Position numbers and translations under genes: made by a program. The notes beneath the pieces are model-generated. The model ran no database searches, was not told the DNA's origin, and worked only from the letters and a program-made list of their open reading frames with translations. A stretch of 64,000 nucleotides of DNA from an uncultured Acidobacteriota bacterium (GTDB lineage Bacteria; Acidobacteriota; Thermoanaerobaculia; UBA5066), in NCBI GenBank assembly GCA_963779415.1, contig CAVZYA010000002.1:1344001-1408000 (forward strand), read 5' to 3'. Shown in pieces: positions 39,146 to 47,675 of this stretch (positions within the stretch are counted from its first letter, which is position 1; every line of letters starts with the position of its first letter).

Positions 39146-39976
39146 GTGAAGGAGCTCTGGTCGCAGCGGGACGACGTGGCGCTCGCGGTGTTCGTGGCCG
39201 CCGTCGCCGCGGAGGACCTTCTCGGCGCGCTTCAGGCGATCGACGGCTCCTCCCCGACGGACCGGGCCGCGGACGAGACCGATCTCGACCGGTGGGCCGG
39301 GCGCGTCGCCGGCCGGGTCGGGGAGTCCGCGTCCGCGTTCATGCAAGCCCGCGCTCTCGCGGAGGTTCTCGGGGTCGAGGAAGGCTTCGCGGGAGACGAG
39401 GACGACTATTACCACCCGGACAACGGGCTCTTTCACACGGTCCTCGTCCGGAAGCGCGGCATGCCGATCCTCCTTTCCGCCGTCTGGATGGAAGTCGGAC
39501 GTCGAGCCGGCCTCTCCATGGAGGGAGTCGGGATGCCGGGGCATTTCATCGTCCGCGTCGGATCGAGTCCGGGAGTCCTCGTCGATCCGTTCGCGGGCGG
39601 GAGCCGGATCACGGTGGACGAGTGCCGCCGGAAGCTGGAGTCGATGTCGGGCGGAAAGCTCCCGTGGCGCTCGGATTTCATCCGGGGAGTCGGCGTGGCC
39701 GGAATCGTCGAGCGCGTCCTCCACAATCTCGCCGGCGCCTACGGGCGAAGGCACGACGAAGGGGGCCGCTTCCGCGCCCTGACCTTCCTCACCTCCCTCC
39801 GGCCGGACGAGCCGGACAACCTCTTCGCGCGCGCCGAGATCGCCGAGACCCTCGGCGTGCGCGACCTTGCCGAGAAGGTCTGGGCCGAGATCGTGGAGCG
39901 CTTTCCCGAATCCCAGCAGGCGCAGGTGGCGTCGGAGAAGCTGGAGGGGGGCGGGGACTCTCCCGTCGTCAACTGA
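39146..39976 (+). CDS. SirB1/transglutaminase-like (Transglut_core2) protein with TPR
   Basis: DYYHPDN, RGMPILLS, GVGMPGHF, VDPF. Confidence 0.85.
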   Translation: MKELWSQRDDVALAVFVAAVAAEDLLGALQAIDGSSPTDRAADETDLDRWAGRVAGRVGESASAFMQARALAEVLGVEEGFAGDEDDYYHPDNGLFHTVLVRKRGMPILLSAVWMEVGRRAGLSMEGVGMPGHFIVRVGSSPGVLVDPFAGGSRITVDECRRKLESMSGGKLPWRSDFIRGVGVAGIVERVLHNLAGAYGRRHDEGGRFRALTFLTSLRPDEPDNLFARAEIAETLGVRDLAEKVWAEIVERFPESQQAQVASEKLEGGGDSPVVN

Positions 39977-40077
39977 GGCCCCCGGCCCCGGCCGTCCGCC
40001 GTTTCTTCGTGAGACAAATTCTCGATGGTAGTATGCATAAAATTTGGTGATCGGGTACTTATGAACGGAGGCCTCCG

Positions 40078-40980
40078 ATGAGAGCGACCCGCAGCCTGTG
40101 CCTGACCTCGACCGCAGCGCTCCTCGCGTTCGCGCTTCTCCTCCCGGCCTCTCCGGCCGCGGCCCAGATGGGCGGCGGAAACAACATGAGCGGGCCCGCC
40201 GACTGGATGTCGGAGGAGATCATCGTCCCGACGGGCGTGAGGGACGACGGGAAGGGGGGCGCGTTCTTCCAGACGGACCTCTGGATCCGCTGCCAGACGG
40301 TCCCCACGGCCGTCACGCTCTACTTCAACCTCGCCGACGCCCCCTCCTCGATCTCCGCGGCGACCGTCTCCCTCGCGCTGTCCCAGCCCGTCACGTACTT
40401 CCCGGACGTGGTGTCGAACGTCTTTCTGTTTCCGAAGGCATCGGGGAACATCCGCATCGTCGCGTCCGGTCCGATCGCGGCCACGGCGCGCATCTACAAC
40501 AGCGCCGGGGGAGGGGCCTTCGGCGTCACCCTCATGGGGATGCCTTCGAGCATGTCGCTCCGGCCGATGCCGATGATGAGCGGCTCCTTCGGGATGGACG
40601 ACTTCGCGATCTACATGGTCGGCCTTCTTCCGCAGCCCGCAAGCCGCGTCAACATCGCGGTGGTGAACACGGGCGAGACGGCGGTCAGCGGCGTCGTCGA
40701 GATCCTCGACGGCGAAGACTCCGCACCGTCGGGATCGGGGCCCTCGTCGCTCGCCTTCACGATCCAGGGCTACTCGTCCCACCAGTTCAACGACGTTCTC
40801 GCGAACCTCCACGCGAAGACGGGGAACGACGCGACGCTCCAGGTCCGCGTCCGGCTGAACCAGGGCTCGGCGGGGACGGTGATGGCCTACGCCGTCGTGA
40901 ACGACAACGCGACGAACGACGGCTACGTCGTCATGGGAAACATGATGAACGGCGGCCGCGGCATGGGAGTGACGCCCTGA
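40078..40980 (+). CDS. Secreted Met-rich hypothetical protein
   Basis: Signal peptide; G..F.TDL, RVNIAVVN, AYAVVNDNATNDG; Met clusters; SD GGAGG. Confidence 0.7.
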   Translation: MRATRSLCLTSTAALLAFALLLPASPAAAQMGGGNNMSGPADWMSEEIIVPTGVRDDGKGGAFFQTDLWIRCQTVPTAVTLYFNLADAPSSISAATVSLALSQPVTYFPDVVSNVFLFPKASGNIRIVASGPIAATARIYNSAGGGAFGVTLMGMPSSMSLRPMPMMSGSFGMDDFAIYMVGLLPQPASRVNIAVVNTGETAVSGVVEILDGEDSAPSGSGPSSLAFTIQGYSSHQFNDVLANLHAKTGNDATLQVRVRLNQGSAGTVMAYAVVNDNATNDGYVVMGNMMNGGRGMGVTP

Positions 40981-41035
40981 CGGGGAGCGCCGGATCGGTG
41001 CGGAGGTAGTCCGCGGTCCCGGCACTCTCCGATCT

Positions 41036-43474
41036 CTATCGAGAGGCCGTCGGGACGCCGATGCGGCGGAGGATGTCCTTGTAGCGGGGGTCGTCCCGGA
41101 GACTGTCCCAGGCGGGGTCGGCCACCATGTGGAGAAGCTGCGGCGTCCGTTCGTCGTAAGCCTTTTCGAGCCACTTCATTGCGAGGTCCTTCTCGCCGGC
41201 CTCCGCGTAGGCGCTGGCCAGGCCCTGCGCGCTCCCGCGGCCCGCCTGCACCTGCGCGGCGACGTAGTCGGCATGGGCCTTCAGGGCCGCCCGCGGACCG
41301 CCGGCACGGAGCCCGGTTTCGAGGACCCGGGTCCCCTCGCTGTCCAGCCCCACCCGAAGCTTGTATTCCGCGATTGCCTCGTCGTACTTCCCGGTTCGCC
41401 AGAGCGCTTCTCCCAGAAGGCCGTGCGCCATCCCGAGTTTCGGGAACGCCGCGGTGACGCGGCGGCCTTCGGTGATCACCTCGTCGTAGCGCCGGGCGGC
41501 CATCGTGTGGAACAGGACGACGACCTCGGCGAGGGGAGACGTCGGCTCGTAGCTCCTCCCGATCTTCACCTGCTCCAGGCTCTCCTCGAAGCGGCCGGTG
41601 ACCATCAGATAGTCGGCCCAGGCGTGCCGGGCCAGGAAATCGTGAGGGCTGAGCGCGACGGCTTCTCCGAGCCGAGCCCTGGCCGAGTCGAAGTTCCAGT
41701 CGTAGTAAAGCTCGATGCTCCCGAGGATGCCGTGGGCTTCTCCGAGCCGGTCGTCCAGGGCGAGAGCCTTCAGTGCGGCCTCCCGGGCGGCCGGAATGGC
41801 CTCGGCAGCGGAGGCCTGCCTGAAGAAGGCGAGGATGAAATTTGCCGCCGCCACGCCGCTCCAACCCCGGGCGAACGAGGGATCGAGGTCCACGGCGCTC
41901 TGGAACTCGGCGCGTGCCCTGTTCAGCTTGTCCGCCGAGATTGCCGTGAGCCCGAAAACGATCTGACGTCCCCTGAGGTACGCGTCCCAGGCCTCCGGGC
42001 GGACCCGCGCCGCCGCGTTCGTCTCCGGGGGCGGCGTCGGCCCGCGTCCTTCGGCCACCTTCAACCGGACCTCCTCGGCGATGTTCCGCGAAACGTCACT
42101 GAGAAGCCGGAGAACGTCGTGAAGGTCGCGGTCGTAGCTCTCGGCCCAGATGTGCTCGTCCGTCGAGCCCCGGATGAGCTGTGCGGTGATCCGGACCCGG
42201 TTCCCCTCGCGCAGTATGGAGCCCTCGATGAGGGCGTCGACGCCCAGCTCTTTCGCGATCTCCTTCAGAGGCTTCTTTTCACCCCGGTATTGCATGACGG
42301 AGGTTCGCGACGTGACGCGGAGGACCCCCAGCCTTGCGATCTCCGTGATGAGCGCGTCATGCATCCCGTCCACGAAGTAGTCCTGCGAGGCGTCGTGCAT
42401 CAGGTTGTCGAACGGCAGGACGGCAAGCGCTTTCAGGCTGGCCGAACCGGGCGACGCCGGTCCGGAGCTCTTCAGGCGCGGGATCAGGAGGAACGCCGCC
42501 GCGGCGACGAGCAGGGCGGCGCCCGCGGCGATCCAGATTCCCGGCCGGCGGGCCGAAGTCGGCGGGGCGGCCGCCGAGGGAGCTGTGGAGGGACGCGACG
42601 AAAGCTCCGCCTCGACCCCTTTCAGCTCGGCCGAGAGGTCGATCGCCGACTGCTGCCGCTGGCGCGGGTCCTTCTCGAGGCACCGCCGGACGATCCTCAC
42701 GAAGGCGGCTGGAAGGTCGGTTCGAATCCCTTCGAGCGCCGGAGGATCCGCCTTGAGAATCGAGGCCGCCACTTCGGCCTCGGTCGCACCGGCGAAGGGC
42801 CGCCGGCCGCTCGCCATTTCGTAGAGCATCGCGCCGAAGGAGAAGAGGTCGGACCGGGCGTCCGCCTTCTCGCCGCGGAGTTGCTCGGGGGCCATGTAGG
42901 GGACCGTCCCGAACACCTGTCCGGCCCGCGTCAGCGCCTCGGTTGCCGCCTCCGTCTCGACGTGGACCGAAGAGGAGGCGCGAACCTTCGCGAGGCCGAA
43001 GTCGAGCACCTTCACCCGTCCCTCGTCGGTGACCATGACGTTGGCCGGCTTCAGGTCCCGGTGGACGACGCCGTGGCCGTGGGCGGCGGCAAGGGCGTCG
43101 GCGATCGGAATCGCCCACTCGAGGATCTTCTTGATCGGAAGCCCGCCCGCCTCGATCAGCTCGGAAAGAGGGCGGCCGCGGATAAGCTCCATCACGAGGA
43201 GATGACGACCAGGAGAACCGGGGGAACCGGGGATCTCCTCGAAAGAGTAGATGGCGGCGATTCCCGGATGGTTCAGGATCGCGAGCGTGCGAGCCTCCCT
43301 CTCGAACCGCGCCTTCCTCTCTTCGTCCTCGAGGAAATTCCCCGGCAGGACCTTGATGGCGACTTCTCGTCCGAGTCGCATGTCACGGCCTCTCCAGACT
43401 TCTCCCATCCCTCCGGCCCCGAGGAGACCGAGCACCTCATAGGCGCCAAGACGGGACCCGGCGGCGAGCGCCAT
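41036..43474 (-). CDS. Hanks Ser/Thr kinase + TolB-N-like + TPR protein
   Basis: LGAGGMGEVW, HRDLKPAN, DFGLAK, YMAPEQ, ALAVLPFDN, TPRs. Confidence 0.93.
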   Translation of the reverse strand: MALAAGSRLGAYEVLGLLGAGGMGEVWRGRDMRLGREVAIKVLPGNFLEDEERKARFEREARTLAILNHPGIAAIYSFEEIPGSPGSPGRHLLVMELIRGRPLSELIEAGGLPIKKILEWAIPIADALAAAHGHGVVHRDLKPANVMVTDEGRVKVLDFGLAKVRASSSVHVETEAATEALTRAGQVFGTVPYMAPEQLRGEKADARSDLFSFGAMLYEMASGRRPFAGATEAEVAASILKADPPALEGIRTDLPAAFVRIVRRCLEKDPRQRQQSAIDLSAELKGVEAELSSRPSTAPSAAAPPTSARRPGIWIAAGAALLVAAAAFLLIPRLKSSGPASPGSASLKALAVLPFDNLMHDASQDYFVDGMHDALITEIARLGVLRVTSRTSVMQYRGEKKPLKEIAKELGVDALIEGSILREGNRVRITAQLIRGSTDEHIWAESYDRDLHDVLRLLSDVSRNIAEEVRLKVAEGRGPTPPPETNAAARVRPEAWDAYLRGRQIVFGLTAISADKLNRARAEFQSAVDLDPSFARGWSGVAAANFILAFFRQASAAEAIPAAREAALKALALDDRLGEAHGILGSIELYYDWNFDSARARLGEAVALSPHDFLARHAWADYLMVTGRFEESLEQVKIGRSYEPTSPLAEVVVLFHTMAARRYDEVITEGRRVTAAFPKLGMAHGLLGEALWRTGKYDEAIAEYKLRVGLDSEGTRVLETGLRAGGPRAALKAHADYVAAQVQAGRGSAQGLASAYAEAGEKDLAMKWLEKAYDERTPQLLHMVADPAWDSLRDDPRYKDILRRIGVPTASR

Positions 43475-43617
43475 TGTGGAAGTCGCTTTCGCGATTCTAG
43501 GTCCGCGGCAGCCGGCGAGCTCCGGAGCCTGCTCTTTCGGAGGCGTTCACGACCCGATAGCATCCGGCGAATGTCTCCCGTCCCCCATCGGACGTGGCGT
43601 TCGCCGAGGCCTCGCTG

Positions 43618-44427
43618 ATGCGCCCGCTCGATGTCGCCGTGGCGGCCGCCGAGGAGGCAGGGGCGCTCCTCATCGACTTCTTCGGCTCGCTCGATCCCGC
43701 GGACGTGGAGGAGAAGGCGAAGAACGACATGGTCTCCCGCGCGGACCGGGAGGCGGAGGCCGTCCTCCGGCACGTGCTTCTCGGCGCCTACCCTCATGAC
43801 TGCTTTCTCGGCGAGGAGACCGGGAAGAGCGGCGGCGCGGCAGGCGCTCCGGTCTGGATCGTCGACCCGCTCGACGGGACGGCGAACTTCATCCGCGGCT
43901 TTCCACACTGGGCCGTCTCGATCGCGCGGACGACGGGGGGGCTCGAGGGACCGCTCGAGGTCGGCGTCGTCTGGGATCCGGTCAAGGAGGACCTCTTCAC
44001 GGCCGCGGCGGGTGCCGGCGCCTGTCGAAACGGCGCCCGGCTCCTGGTCCCGGCGCGCGGGTCGCTCGACGGGGCGGCGGTCGCGACGGGCTTCCCGTTC
44101 CGCCAGCAGGGAAAGATCGACCTCTACCTGGCGATCTTCCGCGAGGTCTTTCTCGCGGCTCGCTCAATCCGCAGGGCCGGGAGCGCGGCGCTCGACCTCG
44201 CTTACGTCTCCGCGGGAATCTTCGACGGCTTCTTCGAGTTCGGCCTCTCGCCCTGGGACACGGCAGCGGGCGCGCTCCTGATCACTGAGGCCGGAGGGTT
44301 CGTCACCGACTTCGACGGGGGAGGGAGCTGGCGGACTCGCGGAAACGTCCTTGCCGGGTCGCCCGGAACGCACGAGGCCCTCCTCGAGGTCGTCCGGTCC
44401 CTCGGCGTCACCGAGTCGCGGCTCTAG
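43618..44427 (+). CDS. suhB: Inositol monophosphatase family protein
   Basis: LGEE, WIVDPLDGTANF, RRAGSAALD, PWDTAAG. Confidence 0.9.
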   Translation: MRPLDVAVAAAEEAGALLIDFFGSLDPADVEEKAKNDMVSRADREAEAVLRHVLLGAYPHDCFLGEETGKSGGAAGAPVWIVDPLDGTANFIRGFPHWAVSIARTTGGLEGPLEVGVVWDPVKEDLFTAAAGAGACRNGARLLVPARGSLDGAAVATGFPFRQQGKIDLYLAIFREVFLAARSIRRAGSAALDLAYVSAGIFDGFFEFGLSPWDTAAGALLITEAGGFVTDFDGGGSWRTRGNVLAGSPGTHEALLEVVRSLGVTESRL

Positions 44428-44433
44428 AGGGCC

Positions 44434-46263
44434 TCAGTCCCGCTTCGCCGGTGGCGCTTCGGAATAGAGGCCGTCCAGGAGCTGCCGGTAGTGCTGCTCG
44501 ACGACCTTGCGGCGGACCTTGAGGCTGGGCGTCAGCTCGCCGGTTTCGACCTTCAGCTCGGACGGGAGGATCGCGAAGCGCTTGATCGTTTCGTGCCGCG
44601 CCAGGCGCGAGTTGACGTTCTCGATGTGCGGCTTCAGGAGCGAAAAGACGCGGTCGTCCTTCACCAGTTCCTCATAGGGCTTCCCGGCGAGCCCTTCCGC
44701 CTTCGCCCACGAGAGGATCTCCTCCTCGGCGACGCTGATGAGCGCCGTGCAGAAGCTCCGGTTGTTCCCGTGGAGGACGGCGTAGCTGATGAGCGCCGAC
44801 TCGACCTTCAGGAGCCCCTCGACGACCTGGGGCGCCACGTACTTGCCGCCGGAGGTCTTGATGAGGTCCTTCTTCCGGTCGGTGATCGTCAGGTGCCCGT
44901 CCGGTCCGAGGACGCCGATGTCGCCGGTGTGGAGCCACCCTTCGGCGTCGAGCGCTTCGGCGGTCTCGACGGGCCGGCCGTGGTAGCCGCGCATGACGCC
45001 GCGGCCGCGCAGAAGGATCTCTCCGTCGGGCGCGAACGTCACCTCCATCCCCGGGATGATGGTCCCGACCGTTCCAAACCGGTTGTGGTCGATTCGGTTG
45101 AAGAAGGTGACGGCCGTCGTCTCCGTGAGGCCGTACCCCTCCAGAATCGGGATGCCGCAGGCGTCGAAGAACTCGCCCAGCTCGTGCGCGAGCGGAGCGC
45201 TCCCGCAGGGGCAGAATCGGAGCCGTCCGCCGAACCTCTCCCGAATCTTCCCCAGGACGAAGTGGTCGGCGAGGCGGTGCCGAAGGGCAAGCCAGGGGCC
45301 GGGCCGGCGCCCCTCCCGCCGGAGACGGGAGTTCTCCATCCCGACGTCGAGCGCCCAGTCGAAGATCGCCTTTTTCGCCCGGCCTGCGGCGAGGAGCTGA
45401 CCGACGATCTTCGCGTGGGCCTTCTCGAAAATCCGCGGCACGGCGCAGAAGAAGGTCGGTTTCACGACGCCGAGGTTCTCGACGATCCTGTCGACACGCC
45501 CGTCGACCGCGGTCGGGACGCCAACGTGGATGCAGAGGGCGACGGCCGCCTTCCCGAAAACGTGGGCGAGGGGGAGCCAGAGAAACTGGCGGTCGGAGGG
45601 AGAGAGGATCCCGAGCGAGGCCGCAATCGTCCCGGCCTCGAAGAGCCAGTTGTCGTGCGTCAGCTCGACCCCCTTCGGCCGGCCCGTCGTTCCCGACGTG
45701 TAGATCAGCGTCGCCACGCTCTCCGGCGTCGCCCCCAGCGCCGTCTCGTCGACGGCGCCGGGATGGCCTTCCTGCCACTCGCGGCCGCGGATCTCGAGGT
45801 CGGCGAGCGAGAGGGCCCCTTCGGGAAGCCCGCCAGATGTGTCGATCAGGATCAGCTGACGCAGCTCCGGCAGCTCGCTTCGGCGGGAGAGGATCTTCTG
45901 CGCCTGCGCCACGTCCTCGGCGAAAACGACGACCGAGCGCGAGTCGGAGAGGATGAACCCGGTGTCGTCGGGCGTGGAGGCCGCGTAGACCGTGACGGTG
46001 ACCCCTCCGGCGAAAAGGATGCCGAGGTCCGCGAGGATCCACTCGAGCCTCGTGTTCGAAACGATCCCGACCCGTTCTCCCGGCTCGACGCCGAGCGATC
46101 GAAGACCGCCGGCAATCGCCCGGACCCGCCCGTCCGTCTCCTTCCAGGTCAACGGCTTCCAGCCGCCTCCCTCGGGAGAGAGATAGGCCGTCGCCTCCGG
46201 TGTGGCGCTTGCGCGCCGGGAGAAGAGGTCGGGGATCGATCGGGCCATCGGCGAAGCATCCAT
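44434..46263 (-). CDS. Long-chain fatty acid-CoA ligase
   Basis: IYTSGTTGRPKG, EGYGLTE, WLHTGD, DRKKDLIKTSGGK, LTPSLK. Confidence 0.93.
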   Translation of the reverse strand: MDASPMARSIPDLFSRRASATPEATAYLSPEGGGWKPLTWKETDGRVRAIAGGLRSLGVEPGERVGIVSNTRLEWILADLGILFAGGVTVTVYAASTPDDTGFILSDSRSVVVFAEDVAQAQKILSRRSELPELRQLILIDTSGGLPEGALSLADLEIRGREWQEGHPGAVDETALGATPESVATLIYTSGTTGRPKGVELTHDNWLFEAGTIAASLGILSPSDRQFLWLPLAHVFGKAAVALCIHVGVPTAVDGRVDRIVENLGVVKPTFFCAVPRIFEKAHAKIVGQLLAAGRAKKAIFDWALDVGMENSRLRREGRRPGPWLALRHRLADHFVLGKIRERFGGRLRFCPCGSAPLAHELGEFFDACGIPILEGYGLTETTAVTFFNRIDHNRFGTVGTIIPGMEVTFAPDGEILLRGRGVMRGYHGRPVETAEALDAEGWLHTGDIGVLGPDGHLTITDRKKDLIKTSGGKYVAPQVVEGLLKVESALISYAVLHGNNRSFCTALISVAEEEILSWAKAEGLAGKPYEELVKDDRVFSLLKPHIENVNSRLARHETIKRFAILPSELKVETGELTPSLKVRRKVVEQHYRQLLDGLYSEAPPAKRD

Positions 46264-46268
46264 TGATT

Positions 46269-46319
46269 CCTCCCAAAGGGAGGTGAGGACAAGCTAGGTC
46301 CTCGGCTGACGCTTCGCAA
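46269..46319 (-). promoter_or_regulatory. Promoter TTGCGA-17-TAGCTT with an inverted repeat over the -10 and an SD-occluding hairpin
   Basis: -35 46314-46319, -10 46291-46296; GAGGAC-N7-GTCCTC 46285-46303; CCTCCC-N3-GGGAGG 46269-46283. Confidence 0.55.
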
Positions 46320-46322
46320 GGA

Positions 46323-47318
46323 CTACCGCGAAAGGGCGCGACCGACCGCCTCCGCGATCACCTCGCCGAGTCGGTCGTTTCCCGCATCGGTCAGGTGACA
46401 GATGTCGATGAAATGGGCGGAGTCGCGTGGGATCGCTTCCGCGACCCGAGCCAGCGGAAGGCCGAATCTCTCCGCGAGGCTCTCCACGACCGCGTTGTGC
46501 GTCCTCACGCCGGCCACCGTCGAGCCGATGTTTCCCCAGAAGTGCCGCATGACCTTCTCGTCCGCCCGGATCCTCGCGAGGAGCTTCCCGTCGTCCGTCG
46601 GCAGTGCGATGGCGAAGGTGGCGAGCACCATCCTCGCGTTCCGGCCACGGGCCGTCCCGAGGATCCCGATCAGGTTCTCCTCGAAGAGGACGCGGCTCCG
46701 GATCCGGTCCGGAGCGAAATCGGGAACGGACCGGAGCGCCTTGTCGACGAGGTGGTACTTCAGGAGGCCCAGAAGAACGGAGGAGTGCCGCGTCCTCCAG
46801 TCGAAGTAGCCGACGGTGGGGAGCCCCTCGAGCCACGGAAACGAGTTGTAGATGTTGTCGTTGATCCCGCCGTACCAGACGACGACGTCGGGAGACCAGG
46901 CGGCCGCGTTCTTCTCGAAATTCGCGCGGTTCACGAAAGAGGTGTACCGGGGCTTGCCGCAGCTCATGACGCGGAACCCCCTGCCCGGATGGACGCGCCG
47001 GAGGTTCTCCTTCACGGAGGCGACGTACCTCGCCGAGAAGGAGGTCGACTCCCCGAGGAGAAGGACGCGCGTCTCGCCGGACGCCTTCGGTAGCGCGTCG
47101 TCGCCGACGCAGCCGACGTCGTTCAGGACCATCCCGGGAAGCTCCGTCCGGGGCGCGTACGTGTAGAGAATCTCGTCGTCGAACCGCATCCCGGCCGGGG
47201 TGACCCTCGCGACGAGGTATCGGCTCGCGGCCTCGGCGAGGACGAACGCGAGGAACGTCGAGACGGCGAACGTCGCCCAGCTCTTCGCCCGCTCGGAGAG
47301 CCGGCCGCCGGCCTCCAC
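46323..47318 (-). CDS. SGNH/GDSL hydrolase family protein, membrane-anchored
   Basis: VLLLGEST, YGGIND, DICH blocks; N-terminal TM. Confidence 0.8.
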   Translation of the reverse strand: MEAGGRLSERAKSWATFAVSTFLAFVLAEAASRYLVARVTPAGMRFDDEILYTYAPRTELPGMVLNDVGCVGDDALPKASGETRVLLLGESTSFSARYVASVKENLRRVHPGRGFRVMSCGKPRYTSFVNRANFEKNAAAWSPDVVVWYGGINDNIYNSFPWLEGLPTVGYFDWRTRHSSVLLGLLKYHLVDKALRSVPDFAPDRIRSRVLFEENLIGILGTARGRNARMVLATFAIALPTDDGKLLARIRADEKVMRHFWGNIGSTVAGVRTHNAVVESLAERFGLPLARVAEAIPRDSAHFIDICHLTDAGNDRLGEVIAEAVGRALSR

Positions 47319-47671
47319 TATGTGGCCGTCCCCCTGTCGCTCGCCGGGGCCCGGGCCAGGAGAAGCGTCAGGACGGCGTGCAGGGCGACCGCTGGCCAGA
47401 GGAGGATGCCGGTCATGACGCCCGCGAGACCGCCCCAGGCGAGATAGAGCGTGACGGCCGCGCTATAGGTCAACATGCCGACCCGCGGCGGGCCCGGCCA
47501 GCAAGCGACCCCAAGGGCGATCAGGGCGATGCCGGCCACGCGCGCCACGACAAGGGCCATTTCGGTCAGCTCGGCGCCGAGCAGCAGTTGCCCGACCAAC
47601 GACGGGACGACCAGCAGCGCCAGGCCCGTGACCGCCTCGGCCACGGCGGCGACAGTCAGTGGTCCCTTCAT
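47318..47671 (-). CDS. Small membrane protein
   Basis: 117 aa, four hydrophobic segments, directly downstream of the sulfatase. Confidence 0.65.
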   Translation of the reverse strand: MKGPLTVAAVAEAVTGLALLVVPSLVGQLLLGAELTEMALVVARVAGIALIALGVACWPGPPRVGMLTYSAAVTLYLAWGGLAGVMTGILLWPAVALHAVLTLLLARAPASDRGTAT

Positions 47672-47675
47672 CCCG

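Noticed and set aside
43205-43240. SPGSPG insertion in the kinase N-lobe as a mobile repeat
   Set aside because: Very short low-complexity loop; no nucleotide-level element evident
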